DNA of 64,000 nucleotides, from the NCBI GenBank assembly GCA_963717945.1, contig CAVQXT010000003.1, positions 385,880 to 449,879 on the forward strand, read 5' to 3'. Shown here in pieces: positions 1-10,535 of this stretch. This stretch comes from an uncultured Acidobacteriota bacterium. Its GTDB lineage: Bacteria > Acidobacteriota > Vicinamibacteria > Vicinamibacterales > Fen-181. The notes beneath the pieces were generated by a model. The model was not told the origin of the DNA. It worked only from the letters and a program-made list of their open reading frames with translations, and searched no databases. A program made the position numbers and the translations under genes. How positions within the stretch are numbered: position 1 is the first letter of the stretch; each line of letters opens with the position of its first letter.

Positions 1-408
<408 letters not shown>

Positions 409-598
409 CGGAGCCCGCTGCATGAGAAGCGTCCTGGTTCTCGGCGCGAACGGGGGGATCGCGCGCTGCGCGACCGATCTCCTCCGCGCGCAGACCGATG
501 CCCGGTTGACGCTGTACCTGCGCCCCGCGCGCGGGCCTCGCGCTCGGCGTGGAGCCGACCGGCCCGGGAGGCAGGCACGTTCCGGTCGGCCCGCCGCG

Positions 599-1159
599 TC
601 AGGAGCCGAACGACCTTGCGAAGAGGCCTTCGATCGCCTTGAGGCCGTTGGCCTGCAGCGAGCGCGTGCCTGTGCCCGTGAAGTGCGGATGCGTGATCAC
701 CGGGCCGGCGCCGCCCTCGTACGCCCGCCATTCGCCGTCCGCGCAGGTGAACCATCCGTCCTTCGCCTGATCGAACACGTTCAGTGGCTTGTTGCAGAGC
801 TTGGCGAACTCGGCGCCCCAGCCGGTGCCGCCGCGCACCGTGCCGTCCTCGAGAACCACGCCGACGACGTAGATCTCCTGGCCGTGGTTCACCTGGTACC
901 ACAGTGTCTGCAGCACCTTGCGGATTGTCGGCGCGTCGGTGTACCGCCGGCGCATCAGGCGCGACACGTACTCGAGGCTGACGTCGCCCGCCCGGAGTTC
1001 CTCGTGGTTCAACACCCTGACTCCTCGACGGCGCTCGATCTTGTGCCCGTCGAACGTGAAGTTCACCTCTTCCACACCGTACCGTTCCGCACAGGCGCCG
1101 AACGCCGACTCTGCGCCGGGCGCGCCGCCGCTGAACAGGATGCACTCGTCAGACTTCAT
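599..1159 (-). CDS. hypothetical protein, SLOG-superfamily-like Rossmann fold (YpsA/MoCo-carrier-like)
   Basis: 186-aa ORF with non-shadow composition. The N-terminal ILFSGGAPGAESAFGACAERYG resembles the SGGxxGxxxxA nucleotide-binding loop of SLOG/YpsA-type proteins, followed later by a GGTGWG motif. No signal peptide. Confidence 0.6.
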   Translation of the reverse strand: MKSDECILFSGGAPGAESAFGACAERYGVEEVNFTFDGHKIERRRGVRVLNHEELRAGDVSLEYVSRLMRRRYTDAPTIRKVLQTLWYQVNHGQEIYVVGVVLEDGTVRGGTGWGAEFAKLCNKPLNVFDQAKDGWFTCADGEWRAYEGGAGPVITHPHFTGTGTRSLQANGLKAIEGLFARSFGS

Positions 1160-1187
1160 TGCTTGGTCTCCAGATGAACGCCCCCAC

Positions 1188-1664
<477 letters not shown>

Positions 1665-1806
1665 CTGTCGATTGTACTCCACGCCTGCCGACCGTCGTCG
1701 TGCATGCGGCGCGCCAGCCCGACGTGAACGGGCCACGCGTCGCCAAAGCGCGTCTGTCGAGGCCAAGTTGGCGCCCGGAAAGAAGACGGCGATAATCGTC
1801 GTCACG

Positions 1807-3018
1807 ATGCGGTGCGACGAGATCCGACTGACTGGTTCTGGAGGCGCCAATCGCGTCATGGAGGCGGAGATGAAGCGCCTCATGACGCGGTCGCCGTTCG
1901 AGATTCGGCTGCCCGATCCGAGGCGGGAGGGCGAAGGGACGCTCTTGTACCCCTTCGACCCGCGCATCGCGTGGGTGGCCGCGTGCCATCATCGGACATC
2001 CTCCCGGATTTCGTGGGACCTCTTCTCGAGCCCGGCCGTGCGGCTCGAGCCGCTCTTTGCCGACCTGTTGCCGGCACTGAAGGCCGACGACCGGCTGCCG
2101 CGGACGAAGAAGACGCTTCGCTTCTCGGTGGATCTCGGATCCTCGCAGGACTTCGAAGCCGGACCGCTCCAACTGCGCGGCGTCGTGAAGAACGCGCTGC
2201 TCGAGGCGCTGGAGTCGCGCGGCGTCAGGGGCGAGGTGGACGCCGACAGGCCGGACGTCGTGTTTGTGGCCAGGCGCGCCGGGACGCCGGAGCACCGCCG
2301 CACCGTGGTCGGCATCGACATCGGCCTTGGCGCGCGCCACCGCCGCGGCGCGCGCGTGACCTCGGGCCCCGCGCCGCTGCGCGAGACGCTGGCGGCGCAA
2401 CTGATCATGCTGTCGCGGTGGGACGCGCGAAGCGAGCCCCTCGTGGACCCGATGGCCGGGAGCGCCACGATTGCCATCGAGGCGGCGGGGCTTGCGGTGG
2501 GAGCGGCGATCCGCCGGCCGTCCGATCTCCCCTTCCGCCACCTGGCGCTCTTCGAGGGCCTGCCCAACGAAACTCCGGACCTCTTTCCCGGAACGGTTCC
2601 TCAGATCCTGTCGCTCGACGTGGACGAAGAGCGGATCGGCACGATGGTCGGGAACCTGCGCGCCGCGGGGCTCACGGGCCCGTCCTACAAGGCGTCGATC
2701 GTCATCGGGCAGAAGGACATCCGCGGGCTGACGCCGGCATACGTCGCCGGGATGCTGCCGAAGTCGGCGACCATGAGGCCGGGCGTCTTCTGCTTCAACC
2801 CGCCGTACGGCGTTCGCATCGGCGGGGAAGCCGGCGAGCGCCGGCTTCTCGAGCTGTACGCCGCGATGGGCCGGACGCTCGCGCAGTTCAGAGGCTGGCG
2901 TGCCGCGTGCTTCGTCGCCAACCGCGGCTTCGTCGAGGCGTTCGGCCACCACCCGAAGATGACCAAGCCCGCCTCCAACGCCGAACTGCCCGGCGCGTTC
3001 CTGGTCTACGACCTGTAG
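1807..3018 (+). CDS. THUMP-domain class I SAM-dependent RNA methyltransferase (RlmL/COG0116-like)
   Basis: Contains PLRETLAAQLIMLSRWDARSEPLVDPMAGSATIAIEAA (SAM-binding region) and the FNPPYGVRIG catalytic motif. The ORF was trimmed to the ATG at 1807. Confidence 0.85.
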   Translation: MRCDEIRLTGSGGANRVMEAEMKRLMTRSPFEIRLPDPRREGEGTLLYPFDPRIAWVAACHHRTSSRISWDLFSSPAVRLEPLFADLLPALKADDRLPRTKKTLRFSVDLGSSQDFEAGPLQLRGVVKNALLEALESRGVRGEVDADRPDVVFVARRAGTPEHRRTVVGIDIGLGARHRRGARVTSGPAPLRETLAAQLIMLSRWDARSEPLVDPMAGSATIAIEAAGLAVGAAIRRPSDLPFRHLALFEGLPNETPDLFPGTVPQILSLDVDEERIGTMVGNLRAAGLTGPSYKASIVIGQKDIRGLTPAYVAGMLPKSATMRPGVFCFNPPYGVRIGGEAGERRLLELYAAMGRTLAQFRGWRAACFVANRGFVEAFGHHPKMTKPASNAELPGAFLVYDL

Positions 3019-3072
3019 CAGGCTGGGCCGTCAACGCACTCGAGAAACGGGACGACCGGACCGATTCTCGGC

Positions 3073-4461
3073 CTACCGGCGGCGCCGTCCCGGCGGCTTC
3101 GCCGCCCCGCTCCCCGACCGGGACCCCACCGGCGCGTACTTGTCGAGGATCGCCTGGATCCGCGCGCTGCTGCCGCCCCGCTCGATCGGGCGAGGGCCGC
3201 CGTGCCGGGCAGGCCGTCCCGGCTGAGCCGGGGTCGTGGAACCGGCGGGGCGCGGTCCCGCGTGGCGCGGCCCGCGCGCGGCGCGCGCCGCCCTGAGCCG
3301 TTCGCGCACCGGGATCTCGAGGCGCTCGGTGGTCTTGCGCGCGTAGTCGAAGCCGGGGAGCGTCACGCGCGGGAGCGACTTGCCCAACACCCGCTCGATG
3401 GCCGCGAGGTCGCCTTCCTCGTCGGGCGACACCAGCGTGAACGCGTCGCCGGTCGCGTCGGCGCGCGCCGTGCGGCCGACGCGATGGACGTAGGAATCCG
3501 GGTCGGCCGGCACGTCGAAGTTGACGACGTGGCCGAGGTCCTCGACGTCGATGCCCCTGGCCACGATGTCGGTCGCCACCAGCACGCGGTGCTCGCCGTT
3601 CTTGAAGCCGGCGAGCGCCGCCGTGCGCTGGCTCTGGCTGCGGTTGCCGTGGATCTTCGCCGTCGAGATCCCGTTCCGCGCGATGAACTCCGCGAGGCGG
3701 TTGGCGCGGTGCTTGGTCCGCGTGAAGACGATGGCGTCGGCGATGATGTCCTGCTTCAGGAGCTCGACGAGCAGCGCCGACTTGAGTTCGCGGGCCACCG
3801 GGTAGACCGCCTGTGTGATGCCGACGGCCGGGGCCGACTTCCGTTCGAGGTTGATCATCACCGGGTCGCGGAGCATCTCGCGCGCCAGCGCCACGATCTC
3901 GCGCGGCATCGTCGCGCTGAAGAAGAGCGTCTGGCGTTTGGCGGGGATCTGCTTCAGCACGCGGCGGATGTCGGGCAGGAACCCCATATCGAGCATCCGG
4001 TCCGCTTCGTCGAGGACCAGCACCTCGAGCGCCGCCAGCCGGGCGTATGGGCGCCGCAGGTGATCCAGGAGCCGGCCCGGCGTCGCGATCACCACGTCCA
4101 CGCCGCTGCGGAAGGCGTGCTCCTGCGGCCCGAGGCCGACTCCGCCGAACACGGCCGCGCCGGTGATGCCGGTGTGCACGGCCAGTTCCTCGAGGTGGGC
4201 GTGGATCTGCGCGGCGAGCTCGCGAGTCGGCGTGAGGATGAGCGCGCGGGTCCGACGCCGCGGCGCCGACACCAGGCGGTTGAGGATCGGGAGCAGGAAT
4301 GCGGCCGTCTTGCCGCTGCCCGTCATGGCCGTCGCACAGACGTCCCTGCCGGCCGCCGCCGGCGGAATCGCCTGTTCCTGGATTGGCGTCGGGCGCTCGA
4401 ATCCGAGTTCCCTGACCGCGCGCGTCAGGTCAGGGTGAAGGGGCAGCTTGGAAAACGGCAT
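3073..4461 (-). CDS. rhlE: DEAD-box ATP-dependent RNA helicase with Arg/Gly/Pro-rich C-terminal tail
   Basis: Contains a Q-motif (PTPIQEQAIP), Walker A (AMTGSGKTAAF), the DEAD box (VLDEADRMLDMGF), SAT and an HRVGRTARA-like motif. Full-length 462-aa ORF. Confidence 0.93.
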   Translation of the reverse strand: MPFSKLPLHPDLTRAVRELGFERPTPIQEQAIPPAAAGRDVCATAMTGSGKTAAFLLPILNRLVSAPRRRTRALILTPTRELAAQIHAHLEELAVHTGITGAAVFGGVGLGPQEHAFRSGVDVVIATPGRLLDHLRRPYARLAALEVLVLDEADRMLDMGFLPDIRRVLKQIPAKRQTLFFSATMPREIVALAREMLRDPVMINLERKSAPAVGITQAVYPVARELKSALLVELLKQDIIADAIVFTRTKHRANRLAEFIARNGISTAKIHGNRSQSQRTAALAGFKNGEHRVLVATDIVARGIDVEDLGHVVNFDVPADPDSYVHRVGRTARADATGDAFTLVSPDEEGDLAAIERVLGKSLPRVTLPGFDYARKTTERLEIPVRERLRAARAARGPRHAGPRPAGSTTPAQPGRPARHGGPRPIERGGSSARIQAILDKYAPVGSRSGSGAAKPPGRRRR

Positions 4462-4517
4462 ACAGCAGCATACCCCACCGCGAATCGGGCGAGATCGCAG
4501 ACGCCTCGCTGGCGTTC

Positions 4518-4994
4518 CTATCCCCGCCGCGCCGCCTCGATGGCGGCGATGTCGATCTTCTTCATCGGCATCATCGCCGCGAAGGCGCGCTTTGCCTCAG
4601 CGCCGCCAGCCGCGAGCGCATCAGTCAGCGCGCGCGGGGTGATCTGCCACGAGAGGCCCCACCGGTCCTTGCACCAACCGCAATCGCTTTCCGTGCCGCC
4701 GTTGCCGACGATCGCGTTCCAGTAGCGGTCCGTCTCTTCCTGGTCGTCGGTCGCGACCTGGAAGGAAAAGGCCTCGCTGTGCCTGAACACCGGGCCGCCG
4801 TTGAGACCGAGACAGGGAATGCCGAGGACGGTGAACTCCACCATCAGGACATCGCCCTCCTTGCCGCCGGGATAGTCACCGGGCGCCTTGTGAACGGCGG
4901 TCACCTTGCTGTCCGGAAACGTGGCGGCATAGAACCGCGCCGCTTCGAGCGCGTCCTTGTCGAACCAGAGGCAGATCGTGTTCTTCGGCTTCAT
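4518..4994 (-). CDS. VOC/PhnB-like protein (3-demethylubiquinone-9 3-methyltransferase-type domain)
   Basis: Only the last 158 aa of the 865-aa ORF look real: MKPKNTICLWFDKDALEAARFYAATFPDSKV...DCGWCKDRWGLSWQITP, typical of this family. The ATG is at 4994. The upstream extension is Arg/Gly shadow sequence antisense to the next gene. Confidence 0.85.
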   Translation of the reverse strand: MKPKNTICLWFDKDALEAARFYAATFPDSKVTAVHKAPGDYPGGKEGDVLMVEFTVLGIPCLGLNGGPVFRHSEAFSFQVATDDQEETDRYWNAIVGNGGTESDCGWCKDRWGLSWQITPRALTDALAAGGAEAKRAFAAMMPMKKIDIAAIEAARRG

Positions 4995-5168
4995 GTTCGC
5001 GTGCTCCTTGTGCTCGATGGAGGTGAACACCGCCCACTCTGCCAGTGTAAGCGAGCCCAAGGCAGATGATGGCGTTCCGCGCCGGCGCCACCTCAGCCGG
5101 CCGTATGCCCCCGCTTGATCGGCGCCCGCGTCTAAGTTACTGTGCGCGCCACCGAAAGGAATGTCCCC

Positions 5169-8100
5169 ATGACTCGTAGACCGTCGCGCGTTCGCCTCGC
5201 GATCCGCCTGCTCACGCTCGCCGCCGCCGCCGCCCTCTATGTCGCCGTGCAGGCGCAGAGCCCCGAGGTCAGTCCCGGCCTCTACGCGGGACTCCAATGG
5301 CGCAACATCGGCCCGTTCCACGGCGGCCGGATCTCCGCGGTCGCGGGCGCGATCGGCGAAGCCGGCACCTTCTACATGGGCACGCCGCAGGGCGGCGCCT
5401 GGAAGACGACGAGCGCCGGCGCGAGGTGGGATCCGATCTTCGACGACGTGACGGAGGCCGACGGCATCGGCGCCATCCAGGTCGCGCCGTCGGACCCGAA
5501 CATCGTTTACGTCGGCACCGGCGATTCGGTCGGCGGCCCCTCCGGCAACGGGATGTACAAGTCCTCGGACGCCGGCAGGACGTGGACGCGCATCGGCCTC
5601 GAAGAGGCGTTGAAGATCAACAAGCTCGTCGTCGATCCCAAGGACCCGAATCTCGTCCTGGCGTCCGCGACCGGCGACCCCGCGGGCCGCGGAAGCGGCG
5701 TATTTCGGTCGGCCGACGGCGGTCGGACGTGGCAGAAGGTGCTCGATCCCGAAGGCGGGGGCGGGACACGCGACCTGGAGTATGCGTTCGATCTGCCGAC
5801 GGTGATGTTCGCGACGACGCAAGGGACGTCGGCCCCGCGCGGCGGAGCCCCAGGGGCCGCCGGCGGCGCCGGCACGCCGGCCGGGAAGCCCGCCAGGCTC
5901 TTCAAGTCGAGTGACGAAGGCAAGACCTGGACGGAGATCAAGTCCCTGCCCGCCTATCCCGGCCGCATCAGCGTGGCGGTCGCGATGCACACGAGCGGCC
6001 AGCGCGTCTACGTCGTCGGCGGCGCCATCGAGAACGGGTCGGGCGTCTGCCGCTCCGACGATGGCGGCGCGACGTGGAAGCACGTCGGGAACGGCGAATC
6101 TCGTGTCAGCAACGGACAGGGGAATTACGGTTCGGGCGTATGGGTCGATTCGCAGAATCCCGACGTCGTGTACGTCGCCAGCGTCCCGCTCTATCGCTCG
6201 ACCGACGGCGGCAATACGTTCACGGTGTTCAAGGGCGCCCCCGGGGGCGAGGACTACCACTGCATGTGGATCGATCCGACCAACGGCCGGCGCATGCTGC
6301 TCGGCGCCGACCAGGGCGCGAGCGTGACGCTCGACGGCGGGCAGACGTGGAGTTCCTGGTACAACCAGCCGGTCGGGCAGATCTACCACGTGTCCACCGA
6401 CACGCGCTATCCGTACTGGGTGATGGGGGCCGAGCAGGACACCGGCGCGGTGATGACCCGAAGCCGCGGCAACTTCGGGCAGATCAACGTCTTCGACCAG
6501 TCGCCGCTCCCCTCGTCCGAGTTCGGCACGATCACGCCCGACCCGCTCCACCCGGAGATCCTCTACGGCGTCGGGTACGGCGCGGGACAGGGCGGGGGCA
6601 CGCTCATCAAGATCGACATGGCGACCGGGCAGTGGGGGAACGTCGCGCCGAATTTCGGCGCCGACTCGACGAAGTACCGTGCCTCGCGCGATTTCTGGAA
6701 GCGCTTCGACACGGCGTTCGAGCCGACGGCGATGTACGTCGGGTATCAATGCCTGCTCGTCACGCGCGACGGCGCGAAGACGTGGAGGGCGTTCAGCCCC
6801 GATCTGACCACGCCGAAAGGCCAGCCGCTGGTTCCGTGCGGCACGCCTCCTCCGCCCGCCCCTGCCGCCGCGGCCGGCGCGCGCGGCGCAACGCCCGCAG
6901 GTCCGGCCGGGCCGGCGGGAGGGGGGCGCGGCGGCGGGCCCGCCCCGGCGATCGCCGATTTCTCGCTCTCCACCGTCAGGAAAGGCGTGGTGTGGACGGT
7001 GAGCAGCAACGGGCAGATCTTCAACACGATCGACGGCGGCCTCCACTGGGACAACGTGAGCAACATCGCCGACGCGCCGGCGTCGGTCTCGTTCGCCACG
7101 ATCGAGGCCGGGCACCAGGACGTCGGCACGGCCTATCTCGCCGGCCGGGCGACCGCTCCGCGGGGCGGTGCGGCCGCCGCCGCGTCACCTGCCGACACCG
7201 ACGCGCCGCTCATCTGGCGCACGCACGATGGCGGCAGGACGTGGACGAAGATCGTCAAGGGGCTGCCGACCGGCGAGCGTACCGGCAGCTGGGTCAACGT
7301 CGTCCGCGAAGATCCGAAACAGAAGGGGCTGCTCTTCGCCGGAACCGAAACGACGGTCTACGTGTCGTTCGACGATGGCGACGACTGGCAGCCGCTGCGG
7401 CAAAACCTGCCGAGCACGTCGATCCGCGACATGGTCTTCCACACCGACCATCACATGAACGATCTCGTGATCGTCACCTACGGCCGCGGCTTCTGGGTGC
7501 TCGACGACATGAGCCCGCTGCGCGAGCTGGCCGTCAAGGCGCAGCAGATCGCGGCCGCGCCGGCCTGCCTCTTCAAGCCGGGCGACGCCATCCGGGCGCG
7601 GATGAACGCGAACTGGGACCAGCCGATCAACCGTGACGAGCCGCACGCGCCGAACCCGCCGTACGGCGCGATCATCTACTACCACCTCGGTCAGCCGCCG
7701 CGCGGCGAGATGACGCTGAAGGTCCTCGACGCGGCGGGGCACCTGGTCCGCACGATGTCGAGCACGGCGCCCCCGCCAATCGTGGGCGCGCTGTACACCG
7801 ACCGATGGCTGGCGACGCCCGCGAGCCGCTCGCTGCCGACCGGCGCGGGGATGCACCGCGTCAACTGGGACCTGCGCTACGACGACCCGCCGGCGCTCAG
7901 CCGCGACTTCCAGAACCAGATGAACGCGATCGAAGGTCTGGTAACGCCCGGGCCGCACGGCCCGCAGGCGCTGCCCGGCACCTACACGCTCGAGCTGACG
8001 GTTGACGGCGCCGTGTACAGGCAGCCCGTCGTGGTGCGCAACGACCCGCGCATCGGCGAGAGCCCGGCCGTGATGGCCGCGCTGCGCGAGCAGCACGCGC

Positions 8101-8636
8101 TCACCGCGCTCGCGTATCGAGGCGCGACCGACACGTACAGCGCCAACGACGAGGTGACGGCCGTCCGCAGCGCGCTCGCGGCGCTCAGGCGCGGACAGCT
8201 CCCGGAGGACGTGGCCGCGCGGGCGACGGCGCTCGACGCCGCGCTCGGGGCGTTCGGCGGCGCAGCCGGCGGGCGAGGAGGCCGCGGCGGCGGTGGCGGG
8301 TTCGGAGCGGGAGGCCGCGGCGGCGGTCCGGCCGCGCCGGGTGCCGTGACGTCGTTTGTCGCGCTCAACGGCACGTTCAACAGCCTGGTCAGCCTGATGC
8401 AGGTGGGCCTCGACATGGCGCCGACCAAGGCGCAAATCGAAACCTGGACGAGCGGGTGCAGGTCTTACAACGCCACCGTCGCGGCGTGGAAGAAGGCCCA
8501 GGCGGGGGACCTGGCGGAGTTCAACGCGCTGCTCGCGAAGAAGAGTCTGCCGGCGCTGGCCGTGACACCGACGAAACTGACCGACCGGGTCTGCACGTTC
8601 GCGCCTCAGGCGCCGCCCGCGTCGAAGCGGCCGTGA
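5169..8636 (+). CDS. secreted BNR/Asp-box repeat protein (sortilin/VPS10-like beta-propeller glycosidase-like)
   Basis: Signal peptide MTRRPSRVRLAIRLLTLAAAAALYVAVQA. At least 10 Asp-box motifs of the form SxDxGxTW (SSDAGRTWTR, SADGGRTWQK, SSDEGKTWTE, SDDGGATWKH, THDGGRTWTK and others). An AAGGA Shine-Dalgarno lies 8 nt before the ATG at 5169; an alternative GTG lies at 5142. Confidence 0.88.
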   Translation: MTRRPSRVRLAIRLLTLAAAAALYVAVQAQSPEVSPGLYAGLQWRNIGPFHGGRISAVAGAIGEAGTFYMGTPQGGAWKTTSAGARWDPIFDDVTEADGIGAIQVAPSDPNIVYVGTGDSVGGPSGNGMYKSSDAGRTWTRIGLEEALKINKLVVDPKDPNLVLASATGDPAGRGSGVFRSADGGRTWQKVLDPEGGGGTRDLEYAFDLPTVMFATTQGTSAPRGGAPGAAGGAGTPAGKPARLFKSSDEGKTWTEIKSLPAYPGRISVAVAMHTSGQRVYVVGGAIENGSGVCRSDDGGATWKHVGNGESRVSNGQGNYGSGVWVDSQNPDVVYVASVPLYRSTDGGNTFTVFKGAPGGEDYHCMWIDPTNGRRMLLGADQGASVTLDGGQTWSSWYNQPVGQIYHVSTDTRYPYWVMGAEQDTGAVMTRSRGNFGQINVFDQSPLPSSEFGTITPDPLHPEILYGVGYGAGQGGGTLIKIDMATGQWGNVAPNFGADSTKYRASRDFWKRFDTAFEPTAMYVGYQCLLVTRDGAKTWRAFSPDLTTPKGQPLVPCGTPPPPAPAAAAGARGATPAGPAGPAGGGRGGGPAPAIADFSLSTVRKGVVWTVSSNGQIFNTIDGGLHWDNVSNIADAPASVSFATIEAGHQDVGTAYLAGRATAPRGGAAAAASPADTDAPLIWRTHDGGRTWTKIVKGLPTGERTGSWVNVVREDPKQKGLLFAGTETTVYVSFDDGDDWQPLRQNLPSTSIRDMVFHTDHHMNDLVIVTYGRGFWVLDDMSPLRELAVKAQQIAAAPACLFKPGDAIRARMNANWDQPINRDEPHAPNPPYGAIIYYHLGQPPRGEMTLKVLDAAGHLVRTMSSTAPPPIVGALYTDRWLATPASRSLPTGAGMHRVNWDLRYDDPPALSRDFQNQMNAIEGLVTPGPHGPQALPGTYTLELTVDGAVYRQPVVVRNDPRIGESPAVMAALREQHALTALAYRGATDTYSANDEVTAVRSALAALRRGQLPEDVAARATALDAALGAFGGAAGGRGGRGGGGGFGAGGRGGGPAAPGAVTSFVALNGTFNSLVSLMQVGLDMAPTKAQIETWTSGCRSYNATVAAWKKAQAGDLAEFNALLAKKSLPALAVTPTKLTDRVCTFAPQAPPASKRP

Positions 8637-8758
8637 AGTCAACGGCCCGCCATCCAACAGCGATGGGTGTTCCGCGGCTTCGCGCAGCGGTCGGTGTGTT
8701 CCGCGGTTGGTTCTGCGGTTTTGACGAATCCGACGGCCGTGGATACACTCCTCCGGTC

Positions 8759-10459
8759 ATGAGACACACGGCCGTGCTCGCCGGTCTGCTCCTGGTCTGC
8801 GCCGTCGTTCTTCCGATATCCGGCCAGATGCCGCAAAGCGGTGAGGACCGGACGGCCGCGCGGTCGATGGTCATCACCCGCGGCGGAATCGTGGCGAGCG
8901 ACCAGGTGCTGGCCTCGCAGGCGGCCGCCGAGATCCTGGCGCGCGGCGGGTCCGCGGCCGACGCGGCGATTGCGGCCAATGCCGCGATGGGCGTGCTCGA
9001 GCCGATGATGAACGGGATCGGCGGCGATCTGTTCGCCATCGAGTACGACGCGAAGACCGGCGCGCTCTCCGGCCTCAACGCGAGCGGGTGGGCCCCGGAG
9101 AAGATGACGCCCGAGCTGTTCAGACAGAAGGGCCTGACCCGGGTTCCCGAGCGCGGCATCGACTCGGTCACTGTTCCGGGAGCCGTCGCCGGCTGGGCGG
9201 CGCTCCACGCGAAATTCGGAAAGCTGCCCTGGAAGGAGCTGTTCCGCCCCGCCATCTACTACGCGCAGAACGGCTTCCCGATCACGCCGTTCGTCGCGGC
9301 CTGGTGGAAGGACAACGCGGCGGTCCTCGAGCGGTACGGCGCGACGCTGTACCTGCCGGGGGGCAAGACGCCGCAAGTCGGCGAGATCTTCCGGAACCCG
9401 GACCTCGCGCGCACGCTGCAGCTCATCGCCGACCAGGGCCCCGAGGCCTTCTACAAGGGCGCGATCGCGAAGGCGATTCTCGAGACGTCCGGCAAGGCGG
9501 GCGGCGTCATGTCCGGCGCTGACCTCGCCCTGTTTCAGCCCGAGTGGGTCGCGCCGATTTCGACGACCTATCGCGGCTGGACCGTCTACGAGCTGCCGCC
9601 GAACGGCCAGGGCATGGCGGCGCTCGAGATGCTCAACATCATGGAGCGGTTTCCGCTCGCCGAGGGCGGGTTCGACAACGCCGCGGCCTTCCACGTGAAG
9701 ATGGCGGCCCAGCAGCTCGCCTACGCGGACCTGAACAAATACCTCGCCGACCCGCGCTTCGCCAGCGTGCCGGTCAAGGGCATCCTGTCGAAGGAATTCG
9801 CCGCCGAGCGCGCGCGAACGATCGCCGCCGACAAGGCGAACTGCTCGGTCGGCCCTGGCAACCCGGTTCCGTTCGGGGGAGAAACCACCTACCTCACCAC
9901 GATCGACCGCGACGGCAACATCGTGTCGCTCATCCAGAGCCTCTACAACGAGTTCGGCTCGGCGGTCGTCGTCGATGGCTACGGCTTCCCGCTGCAGGAT
10001 CGCGGGGCCCTGTTCTCCCTCGATCCCGCGAGCCCGAACGTGATCGCGCCGCGCAAGCGCCCGTACCACACGATCATCCCGGGGTTCATGCAGAAAGGCG
10101 ACCTGCACGTCGGGTTCGGCATCATGGGCGGGGCCAATCAGCCGCAGGCGCACGCCCAGTTCGTCTCGGACGTCGTGGATTACGGGATGGACCTGCAGGG
10201 CGCGCTCGAAGCGCCTCGCTTCCGCAACGTGGCGCTCTCCGGCTGCAATTACTACGTCGAGAACCGCGTGCCCGAGGCCGTTCGCGCGCAGTTGACGAAG
10301 ATGGGGTACGCGATTCGCCTCCGCGGCGCCTTCTCGAGCGTCGTGGGGGGCGGGCACGCGGTGATGTACGACGCGGCGACCGGCATGAAGTACGGCGCGT
10401 CGTCGCCCCGGAAGGACGGGGCGGCCATTCCGGAGCCCGCGCCGATCTTCAAGCAGTAG
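8759..10459 (+). CDS. ggt: gamma-glutamyltransferase
   Basis: Signal peptide from the ATG at 8759 (MRHTAVLAGLLLVCAV). Contains GGSAADAAIAANAAMGVLEPMMNGIGGD and the autoprocessing site GGETTYLTTIDRDGN. Confidence 0.93.
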   Translation: MRHTAVLAGLLLVCAVVLPISGQMPQSGEDRTAARSMVITRGGIVASDQVLASQAAAEILARGGSAADAAIAANAAMGVLEPMMNGIGGDLFAIEYDAKTGALSGLNASGWAPEKMTPELFRQKGLTRVPERGIDSVTVPGAVAGWAALHAKFGKLPWKELFRPAIYYAQNGFPITPFVAAWWKDNAAVLERYGATLYLPGGKTPQVGEIFRNPDLARTLQLIADQGPEAFYKGAIAKAILETSGKAGGVMSGADLALFQPEWVAPISTTYRGWTVYELPPNGQGMAALEMLNIMERFPLAEGGFDNAAAFHVKMAAQQLAYADLNKYLADPRFASVPVKGILSKEFAAERARTIAADKANCSVGPGNPVPFGGETTYLTTIDRDGNIVSLIQSLYNEFGSAVVVDGYGFPLQDRGALFSLDPASPNVIAPRKRPYHTIIPGFMQKGDLHVGFGIMGGANQPQAHAQFVSDVVDYGMDLQGALEAPRFRNVALSGCNYYVENRVPEAVRAQLTKMGYAIRLRGAFSSVVGGGHAVMYDAATGMKYGASSPRKDGAAIPEPAPIFKQ

Positions 10460-10535
10460 CCGGGCCGGCGGTTCTCGAGAAGACCAGCCGCGGGCGGACC
10501 GTTCCCGCCGCTCGGGCAGGACGGAGGAGGATCGG

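Noticed and set aside
4995-7115. The 5' two-thirds of the 865-aa ORF 4518-7115(-).
   Set aside because: Only the last 158 codons (from ATG 4994) look like a real VOC/PhnB protein. The remainder is low-complexity Arg/Gly sequence antisense to the Asp-box protein gene.
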